Source of the DNA: a virus
Lineage: Duplodnaviria > Caudoviricetes
Virus record (IMG/VR): IMGVR_UViG_3300025318_000025
Span: 1-37,057 of that record
Length of the DNA: 37,057 bases
Strand: one strand, 5' to 3'
Each line of letters begins with the position of its first letter. Position 1 is the stretch's first letter. Below are positions 26,960 through 33,918 of the stretch, one piece after another. The notes beneath the pieces are model-generated. The model did not search any database. It saw nothing but the letters and a program-made list of their open reading frames with translations, and was not told the DNA's origin. The position numbers were made by a program, and so were the translations under genes.

Positions 26960-27612
26960 GTTCGTAGTCGCGGAAGCGCCAGCGCCGTCCGGTCGGATGG
27001 TCTACGACTACTCCGTCCTGCGTGCGGATCGTCCGACGCTTGTCGCCTCGCATGCCAGTTCCGACTTGCGCTCGCCGTGCGGCAGCTTCGGCTCCTTCGA
27101 CGAGGCGACTCACGTGCTCGGACAGTCGGGCACGAAGGACCGTGAGAGCCAGCTCGCGATTGCGATGCTGCGAACGCTCGGACTCTACCCGTACACGAAG
27201 TCCGCTCGGACGGTGCGTGAGTTGCACGGCACTCTCCGTCTTGTTCCGATGCTGACCACCGGGCCCGGAGCCCCGACACATCTGCCACTCGAGGTCGCGC
27301 TCCCGGACGTCGATCTCCGCAGCGCTCCGTTCCTGCAACACGGCCACGGTCACCGTGCTCGTGTGCACGCGGCCGTGCTTCTCGTTCGGGGGGACCCGCT
27401 GCCATCGATGGCCACCGGCTTCGTCTGCGAATACAGCCCGTGCGTTGCCGCCGTGCACCAGGAAGGCTCTGAAGCCGGGGGTGGACTCGACAGATTCGAC
27501 GCTAAAGACACCTCCGTTGGGCAAGCTTCGCGTAGATCGCGAACTGCTCCTCGACAAGTGCCTTTGCGTCAGCTCCACCTTCCGCTGCGCGGATCTCCAC
27601 CAGAATGGTCAT
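26946..27612 (-). CDS. Short RF1-like class I peptide chain release factor, expressed via a +1 programmed frameshift (about 221 aa)
   Basis: Frame 0 (27612-27502) encodes MTILVEIRAAEGGADAKALVEEQFAIYAKLAQRRCL*, matching the start of RF domain 2. The +1 frame has GGHRWQRVPPNEKHGRVHTS and GSGPGGQHRNKTESAV. The junction reads GGAGG TGT CTT TAG C. Confidence 0.9.
27501..27515 (-). promoter_or_regulatory. prfB-type +1 frameshift cassette with a UAG stop
   Basis: Internal SD GGAGG, 3-nt spacer, then CTT TAG C; compare E. coli prfB AGGGGG TAT CTT TGA C. Confidence 0.88.
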
Positions 27613-27646
27613 GCTGTTTCTCCCTTCGGCTTGCGTGTACGGAGGG

Positions 27647-28006
27647 TCACGGATTCACGCGCAGACAGTTGCATCCCATGGGGATGAACAGATGGCCGAA
27701 ATGCCAAGCACTGTCGTGATCGGACCGTGCAGTACCGCAACCACAGACATCAGGGTCAATCTCAGATCCGCAGCCTGTACGGGTTGAGTTGGCGGTTGAG
27801 TTGCTTTTGCCGACGCAGCAGGGGCGGTGTGCTTCCCACGGCAGTCGAAGTCGCCAGGTGTCCCCCTCGTCGTCCGTGGCAAGAATGCCCCACGTCGTGT
27901 GGAGGAGATGGTGGACCGCATCGTCCAGGTACGTGTCACCCGGCTCTGGATCTGACTGGGCGGCACACAGGACGGGCCCGGTACCGTTCCTAACGCGGAG
28001 GGCCAT
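27647..28006 (-). CDS. Hypothetical Cys/His-rich protein
   Basis: 119-aa ORF within the minus-strand operon. Confidence 0.5.
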   Translation of the reverse strand: MALRVRNGTGPVLCAAQSDPEPGDTYLDDAVHHLLHTTWGILATDDEGDTWRLRLPWEAHRPCCVGKSNSTANSTRTGCGSEIDPDVCGCGTARSDHDSAWHFGHLFIPMGCNCLRVNP

Positions 28007-28202
28007 CGGTCGCCTTCGCGGTCACCTGGCTCGCGCTGCATGCATCCTTGCAGTTCTCGCAGCCGTCTCCCCCGCAGTGAAACGGTCCGTCAGGCAGGCG
28101 ATGATCCAGGGGGTCCAGCCAGAAGAACCAGCCGCAGTTGGGCACCGAGCACTCGACCTGCACTGCGCCCATCGGTCTGATGTCGTCATTGAGAATAGTC
28201 AT
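27990..28202 (-). CDS. Small Cys-rich protein
   Basis: SD GAGGAG; 70 aa with several Cys pairs. Confidence 0.6.
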   Translation of the reverse strand: MTILNDDIRPMGAVQVECSVPNCGWFFWLDPLDHRLPDGPFHCGGDGCENCKDACSASQVTAKATDGPPR

Positions 28203-28214
28203 CGTTTCTCCTCT

Positions 28215-28871
28215 TCAGCTTTCCAACACGAGTTCGTGAACCCTCGACACCACGTCGTTGAGCGGCTGTGTGGCATCGACGACCGTGTGCTTGGCGAGCT
28301 CCCACTCAACGGGACGAGCGGAGACGTCGACGAACACCTTGCGGTAGGCGTTCGCGACGTACACCTGGGTCTTGGTGTCCTCGAAGACCTCCTCGGAGGT
28401 TCTGTGCGGATCGCTCGTTCGACGCGCCATCGCCACGTCCACGGGAAGGTTGAGCAGGACGGACAGGTCTGGCGGTAGCAGTTCCAGGGGCCACCCGACC
28501 TGGATCATCTCCATCACACCGGCCTGCCCCAGGTACTGCCCCTGGTAGACGATGGTGGAGTGCAGGTAGCGATCGCAGACGACCCACTCCCCGGTCGCCA
28601 GGCGCGCCTTGATCTGCTCGATGTGATCGATCCGGTCCGCCTGGAACAGATGCGTCATGAGACACGCCCCGAGTTCAGAACTCGGCGGTGCCTCGAGCTC
28701 TACCTCCCGTTTCAGGATGCGACGGATCAGCTGTCCGACGGGTCCTCGAGACGGCTCACATGTCCAGCTGGCAGGGACACCGTCCTGCGATAGCCGCTGG
28801 ACGAGGGCCCTGGACACGGAGGTCGTGCCGGAACCGTCGATCCCTTCGAGTACGACGAAGCGCCCTTGCAT
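28215..28871 (-). CDS. tmk: Thymidylate (dTMP) kinase
   Basis: 'FVVLEGIDGSGTTS' P-loop (K to T variant), 'LFQADR' and 'VVCDRY..S..YQG'. Confidence 0.88.
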   Translation of the reverse strand: MQGRFVVLEGIDGSGTTSVSRALVQRLSQDGVPASWTCEPSRGPVGQLIRRILKREVELEAPPSSELGACLMTHLFQADRIDHIEQIKARLATGEWVVCDRYLHSTIVYQGQYLGQAGVMEMIQVGWPLELLPPDLSVLLNLPVDVAMARRTSDPHRTSEEVFEDTKTQVYVANAYRKVFVDVSARPVEWELAKHTVVDATQPLNDVVSRVHELVLES

Positions 28872-28895
28872 ACAGCCTCCGCGTAGAGTTGAGGG

Positions 28896-29762
28896 TCACA
28901 CCCCAGTCGGCACGGCGCCGCCGGCGGGAGAGGCTCCCTCGGACTGGCCGTTGCTCGCCTTGGGCACCGCTGGCACCAGCAGCCGCTCCCCCTCGTCCAT
29001 CGCACGGAGACGTCGGACGGCCACGGCCAGATTGCCTTGGTCGTTGTCGCACCCGTACACGCGGCGTCCGAGATACGAAGCCGCGATCAGCGTCGTACCG
29101 GAGCCGGCGAACGGGTCGAACACGAAGTCCCCCGGGTTCGTGCTGGCACGAAGGCACCTGTCCACCAGCGCCAGGGGCTTCTGCGTCGCGCACTTCCCGT
29201 GCTTCCGCTCCGTCGGCGGCGCCGCGCGCATGCGCCACACGTTCTTCATCTGCTTGCCGCCGTTCTCCTGGCGGAGCTCGTCGTAGTTGAACGTGTAGCG
29301 GTCCTCGCCGCCCTTCTTCGCCTTCGTCGCCCAGAGCAAGAGCTCGGACGCGTGCGTGAGACAGCGCCGGCCCAGGTTCGGTGGCGGCGTCGACTTCTCC
29401 CACACGACGTCGTTCAGGATGCGGAAGCCGATCTGCATCATGGCGAACCCGACGGAGAGGTAGACGTGGTGCGTCCCTGACACCCAGATCGTGCCGCTCG
29501 GCTTCAGCAGCCGATAGCACTCGGTCAGCCACCGAGTGTTGAAGGCATGGTCCGCCTCAAGGCCCTGGCTTCGATCCCACTCGCCCTTGTTGACGGACAC
29601 GCGCTCCCCGCCGACGCAGGTCGTGCCGTCGTTGGACAGCAGGTACGGCGGGTCGGTCCAGATGCAGTCGACGCTCTCGTCGGGTCCGGCCCGCATGAAC
29701 TCGAAACAGTCGCCCTTCACGAGGAAGGCCTGTCCGTCCTTCGATGCCCACACCGTTTCCAT
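28896..29762 (-). CDS. N4/N6 DNA methyltransferase, beta class (DpnA/M2.MboI-like)
   Basis: DPPY precedes 'TQKP' and 'DPFAGSGTT'. 'DPPYLLSNDGTTC...VSVNKGEWD' resembles DpnA-type GATC methylases. Confidence 0.88.
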   Translation of the reverse strand: METVWASKDGQAFLVKGDCFEFMRAGPDESVDCIWTDPPYLLSNDGTTCVGGERVSVNKGEWDRSQGLEADHAFNTRWLTECYRLLKPSGTIWVSGTHHVYLSVGFAMMQIGFRILNDVVWEKSTPPPNLGRRCLTHASELLLWATKAKKGGEDRYTFNYDELRQENGGKQMKNVWRMRAAPPTERKHGKCATQKPLALVDRCLRASTNPGDFVFDPFAGSGTTLIAASYLGRRVYGCDNDQGNLAVAVRRLRAMDEGERLLVPAVPKASNGQSEGASPAGGAVPTGV

Positions 29763-30232
29763 CAGTGCTCCGTCTTCGGGTCGCGCGGACCCGTGTATTC
29801 TATACCCTGGCGCTTCAAGCGCCGAATCCCGCTCTCTTCGATCTGACGCACGCGCTCGCGCGTCACCCCCAGGATCTCGCCGATGGCCTCCAGCGTCGTG
29901 TGCATCCCGCCCTCACTGCGACCGTCCGGCATCTCGACCAATCCCTCCGCCACGTCCAGGGCACACGACGGAAGCCCGTCGTCCTCCCAAGGAGGCGTTC
30001 CCCGTGTCAGGCGCACCCGGCCGCCCGGCAACACGTCGAGGAGGAGATGGTACTTGCACCGTACGTACGGGCACGGACGCTCCTCGTTCAGCCCCCCCTC
30101 GACGCAGTCACCTCGGTACCGCGGCCGCCACGGTTCAGGCGGCGGAGGTGGTACCGGAGTGACGTCCTCGGAGTCCGGCGAGCGGCGGCGCGGGCGACCT
30201 CTTCTTCCCTTGTGCTTGATGACCCCGAGCAG
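29762..30232 (-). CDS. Zinc-binding + sigma-70 region 4 HTH protein (start uncertain; CTG 30232 proposed)
   Basis: C-terminal 'TLEAIGEILGVTRERVRQIEESGIRRLK' is sigma region 4. The frame stays open upstream of the GTG at 30034 and encodes 'RPRYRGDC...RPCPYVRCKYHL'. Confidence 0.75.
   Translation of the reverse strand: MLGVIKHKGRRGRPRRRSPDSEDVTPVPPPPPEPWRPRYRGDCVEGGLNEERPCPYVRCKYHLLLDVLPGGRVRLTRGTPPWEDDGLPSCALDVAEGLVEMPDGRSEGGMHTTLEAIGEILGVTRERVRQIEESGIRRLKRQGIEYTGPRDPKTEH
30207..30218 (-). promoter_or_regulatory. Dispersed motif copy 7
   Basis: CCCTTGTGCTTG about 20 nt downstream of the ParB-like stop. Confidence 0.7.
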
Positions 30233-30237
30233 GTCCT

Positions 30238-31143
30238 CTAGCTCTTGGACGCTTCGGCGTCGAAGGATGGGGGGGCCTCCGCTCCCATCGCGATCCGGAG
30301 GCCCTTCACCATGCCCTCGAGCTCCGCTCGCTCCGCCACCTTCATCGTCTCGCTCTTCAAGTACTTCCCGATGTCCCTCGCCAACTCCTGCGCCTGCTTG
30401 AAAGGGAGCATCCGCTTCCGGGTGGCGGCCTCCTTCCCAGCGCGCTTCGCGACCCTGCGGACGCTGGCGATGGTCGCGGCCGTGGCACCGGAGGCGATGA
30501 CCTCTCGCAGGGCCTTGTTCTGCTCGTCCTTGTCGTCCGGGAAGCGCTGGAGCAGCTCCAGGAGCGCGGACATGGATACCTTGCCATCGTTCAGGGCCCG
30601 CTTCGCCTCGGCCGTCGCCGTCAGGAGTCGAAGACGCGCCTTCACGTGACCTTCGGAACGGCCCATCTCCTGCCCGATCTTGAGCTCGCTCCAGCCCCAG
30701 TTCATCAGGCGCTGGAAGCCCTCGGCCTCCTCGAGCGGGAGGAACTCCTCGGCGTGGGCGTTCGCGACCAGCTGCGTGATGGTACGCTCGGACTCGTCCG
30801 GGCGATCCCGTAGAATGCAGGGCACGGCGACGATCTTGGCGCCGAGTTTCTCCTTCGCGTGTCGAATCGCCCGGAGGCGACGCTCGCCGTCGATGACGAA
30901 GAGCTTGTCCTTCTCCCGTCGAATGGTCAGTGCGCGCTCGAGTCCACGCGCCGCGATCGACTGCGCGAGATCCTCGATGCCCTCGAAGACCTTGCGAAGG
31001 TTGTGACCCGCCTCTACCTGGATGTAGTCGGGGTTCACCATGAAGAAGTTCTTGCGACCCTCGACGCCCGGAAGATCCTCGACCCGCGTGATGTCCTTTC
31101 CCACGATCCTTTTCCTATCCCCCCGCTGGTTGAACTCCCCCAC
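30238..31143 (-). CDS. ParB/Spo0J-like DNA-binding protein
   Basis: 'LAQSIAARGL', 'VIDGERRLRA' CTPase arginine patch, and 'PLEEAEGFQRL...IGQEMGRSEGHVKARLRLL' HTH. Confidence 0.88.
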   Translation of the reverse strand: MGEFNQRGDRKRIVGKDITRVEDLPGVEGRKNFFMVNPDYIQVEAGHNLRKVFEGIEDLAQSIAARGLERALTIRREKDKLFVIDGERRLRAIRHAKEKLGAKIVAVPCILRDRPDESERTITQLVANAHAEEFLPLEEAEGFQRLMNWGWSELKIGQEMGRSEGHVKARLRLLTATAEAKRALNDGKVSMSALLELLQRFPDDKDEQNKALREVIASGATAATIASVRRVAKRAGKEAATRKRMLPFKQAQELARDIGKYLKSETMKVAERAELEGMVKGLRIAMGAEAPPSFDAEASKS

Positions 31144-31150
31144 CTAGTGG

Positions 31151-33160
31151 CTAGACCTCCGCACCGTTATGACCGATCTTCGCTTTCGCAAAAAGCCGAA
31201 CAGGTCCGGCTGGACCCTCGAGTCGGAACTCCATCGCCTCTTCCATGATCTTCGCGACCGTAGGACCGTCGGCTTCGTCGCACTCGACCCAACCGGCGTC
31301 GTGTCCGTTCAGTACGAGGAACGCACTGGACGGAATACGGTCGGCGATGGTTAGTAGCGCATCGGCCACGATCTCTCCTGCAGTCCACTGCACCGGCCAG
31401 TTGAACGCTTTCGTTGGTTCGACTGGCACGGCCGGAAAGATGCACTTTCGTCCGAACGGCGGAATTTCTACGTACCCGTGGGCATTCGCAAAGTCAAGCG
31501 TCTTTGTGCGCCACAACGGTATTTCGTAGTAGGTACGGAAAATGCCTGCGATGATGAAGGCGACTCGCTCCACCGTCAGCAGGGCCCGCGCTGAGATCGG
31601 CGTTCGCTTATCCTCGCGAATTACCTGAGTAACCTTCTTCGAACCCGCACCGTAGTTCAGGCCGTAGATGACACGCTTGCAAATGTAGCGGAGCATCTTC
31701 CGCTGCTCGGGAGTCGCGTTGCGGAAGAGGTCTCCGAAGACGGCTTCAGCCGTCAGGTTGTGTGCATCGCGACCCTCGGCGAAGGCACGTAGCAGAGCGA
31801 CGCATCCAGCGAAGCAGGCGCTGATGCGATACTCCAGCTGCTCTTCGTCGGCTCCTACTAGAACCCGTCCCGGCGGAACACCGAAGATGGAACGAAGTTC
31901 GGCCGGGACGTTCTGAACGTTCGGACTTGAGGCCCAGCGCGGACCCACCGTACCGCACGGATTCCAGGACACACGGAGTCGTGAGTCCGGATCCAGAAGC
32001 TTACGATACCCGCGCGGCCGCCACTCCTTGTCCTTCCCCATCAGCGAGCCCTCAGGCAAACCGATGAAGTTCGACAGGGCGTGTCGCAGTTCGGCGATCT
32101 CGACGAACTTCTTGACCAGTGGATTCTCTAGGTGGTCGAGAGCGCTCTTGTAGCTCGTAGACGGCTCGTGCTTCACCGCGGTCCAGGAACGGACCGGTAG
32201 ACGCAGTCGCTCATACAGGAAGTGCGCTCGATGGTCCGGCTTGCCCAGATCCATGTCCGGCCAGTCGAGCTCCGTTCGCAGTTCGTGGATCAGCCGGTTG
32301 AGACGATCGAACAGCTCACGTCCTTTGCGGTCCAGCTCTGCCTTGTCGAGGTAGATCCCGGTAGTCTCCATGCGCCGGGCGAGCTCGCAGTACTGCGTCT
32401 GCTTGTAGGCGACGGTGCGCAGGTTGTAGTCCTGCACGATCTCGAATAGCGGCGCGGCCAGCTGTTGACAGCCGATGGCGTCCCGGCCGTTGTAGTAGAG
32501 GAGGTCCTCGAGCGTTGCGGTCTGATCATCTTCCTTGGAGCCGAAGTCGACCTTCCAAGCTTCGGTGTCCGTATACGTCGAGGCCGTCGCCTGCAGATCG
32601 TGAGGCACGCTGGGGTCGACGATGTGCGCAAGCACAAGGGTGTCAATGACAGGTCCGCGCACCGGCAGTCCGTGGCGCTCGAGGACCGTGACGTCGAACG
32701 TCAGGTTGTGGATGATCTTCGTGATCTGCTCATCCCCCAGCAACGCGCGGAGCTCGTACACCAGGGCTTCGCGCGTGACGGGGTCGAGCACACCCGGTAG
32801 AACTGGAACGGCGATGGCCTCGCGGCTGCCTTGCGGTGAGACGGAGATGGTCTTCAGTCGACAGTGCGTCGGACGTGGGCCTGTGGTCTCGGTGTCCACA
32901 CCGATCGCGGTGGCGGTCGATCGCCAGTAGCGCAGGACCTGGATGGCGTAGTTGCAGATGGCTTGACACTTGACCGGGTCGCTGTCCCAGCAGCACCAGA
33001 CCCGGTCCTCGCGTCGCCAACCCGACACCGCCAAGCGCGCGGCGCGACGCAGATCACGTTCCAGTACGCCGATGAACCGCTCTTGCCCTCGAAGGATAAA
33101 GGCTGGGTGTAGGACGGGTACGGCCAAGGGCCGCCAGCCCGTGTCGAGTGCGGCGCTCAG
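31151..33160 (-). CDS. Family A DNA polymerase with 3'-5' exonuclease and the C-terminal part of a UDG domain
   Basis: Exo motifs DTETTG, HNLTFD, YNGRD. Pol motifs A ADEEQLEYR, B KRVIYGLNYG, C GHDA. The N-terminal 'VPVLHPAFILR' is the UDG motif. Proposed CTG start overlaps the UDG TGA, with SD GAGGAG 8 nt upstream. Confidence 0.9.
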   Translation of the reverse strand: MSAALDTGWRPLAVPVLHPAFILRGQERFIGVLERDLRRAARLAVSGWRREDRVWCCWDSDPVKCQAICNYAIQVLRYWRSTATAIGVDTETTGPRPTHCRLKTISVSPQGSREAIAVPVLPGVLDPVTREALVYELRALLGDEQITKIIHNLTFDVTVLERHGLPVRGPVIDTLVLAHIVDPSVPHDLQATASTYTDTEAWKVDFGSKEDDQTATLEDLLYYNGRDAIGCQQLAAPLFEIVQDYNLRTVAYKQTQYCELARRMETTGIYLDKAELDRKGRELFDRLNRLIHELRTELDWPDMDLGKPDHRAHFLYERLRLPVRSWTAVKHEPSTSYKSALDHLENPLVKKFVEIAELRHALSNFIGLPEGSLMGKDKEWRPRGYRKLLDPDSRLRVSWNPCGTVGPRWASSPNVQNVPAELRSIFGVPPGRVLVGADEEQLEYRISACFAGCVALLRAFAEGRDAHNLTAEAVFGDLFRNATPEQRKMLRYICKRVIYGLNYGAGSKKVTQVIREDKRTPISARALLTVERVAFIIAGIFRTYYEIPLWRTKTLDFANAHGYVEIPPFGRKCIFPAVPVEPTKAFNWPVQWTAGEIVADALLTIADRIPSSAFLVLNGHDAGWVECDEADGPTVAKIMEEAMEFRLEGPAGPVRLFAKAKIGHNGAEV
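32629..32640 (+). promoter_or_regulatory. Dispersed motif copy 8 (intragenic)
   Basis: CAAGCACAAGGG inside the polymerase gene. Confidence 0.6.
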
Positions 33161-33846
33161 AACGGCAGCTCCTCGATGCCCGACGTCTCCTCCGCAGTCT
33201 TCGCGTGCTTCCGCTTCTTGCCGGTCTCCTTCCGCTTTCGCCCCGAACCGGGGAAGGGCTCCAGGCGGGCGACGCGTGGTAGGTCTTCGAGGGCGGTCTG
33301 CAGGAGCTGCTCGAGTGGCAGTTCGTGAATCGCGCCGCGCCGCGCCGTGATTCCCTCCATGCGACCGGACAGACTCCACAGTGCAAGTCCGCCGGCGGGG
33401 ATGATCATGCTCGGCCGGATCAGTAGGAGCTCCTGGAGCAGCCGAGGTCGACAAGCGCGGACCGACAGATCCTTCACCTTGTCGACGTCGAGTGAAATGT
33501 AGCGGTCTTGGGGAGTACCGATGTCCACGCGCAGCGTGACAGGGCGGGGAGGACAGAGCGCAGCGTTCGAGATCCAGCACTCCGATCGGACGATGCCGAC
33601 GCGCTCGAGAAGTATGTTCAGGAGCTTTCCCGCCTTGCCGACGAAGCCGCGACCCTCGAGGTCCTCGTTGTACCCCGGTCCTTCACCGACGATCGCAATG
33701 CGGGCGCGGGGATTGCCGTTCGGCGGCACGATGCGGCAGCCGCGTAGAGGGCAGACTTCGCAGTTCGGTTGGGAGATGAGTCCGAGATGGCCGACTGGAT
33801 CGGCCTTCGCGCCGGTGTCCTGGATCTGTTTCAGTTCGACCGGCAT
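33157..33846 (-). CDS. Uracil-DNA glycosylase family 4-like domain (SPO1-polymerase type), lacking its HP motif
   Basis: CEVCPL, 'IVGEGPGYNEDLEGRGFVGKAG', 'SNAALCPP' and 'ACRPRL'. ATG 33846 has SD GGAGGT. Confidence 0.88.
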   Translation of the reverse strand: MPVELKQIQDTGAKADPVGHLGLISQPNCEVCPLRGCRIVPPNGNPRARIAIVGEGPGYNEDLEGRGFVGKAGKLLNILLERVGIVRSECWISNAALCPPRPVTLRVDIGTPQDRYISLDVDKVKDLSVRACRPRLLQELLLIRPSMIIPAGGLALWSLSGRMEGITARRGAIHELPLEQLLQTALEDLPRVARLEPFPGSGRKRKETGKKRKHAKTAEETSGIEELPF

Positions 33847-33863
33847 GTGTACCTCCCGGGCCT

Positions 33864-33904
33864 GTGCACGGGTCCCCCCTTCCCGCAAGGGGGGACCCGT
33901 GCAC
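33864..33904. other. Perfect 18-bp stem / 5-nt loop hairpin
   Basis: GTGCACGGGTCCCCCCTT-cccgc-AAGGGGGGACCCGTGCAC, with no U-tract on either side. Confidence 0.85.
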
Positions 33905-33918
33905 GTGCTTGCGGCGAA

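Noticed and set aside
27504-27578. GTG 27578 as the start of the release factor
   Set aside because: It gives a non-homologous N-terminus. The RF-like residues lie in the frame that starts at ATG 27612.
33161-33580. N-terminal 140 aa of the 809-aa polymerase ORF in the track
   Set aside because: It overlaps the UDG gene in another frame and is Arg/Pro-rich off-frame sequence.
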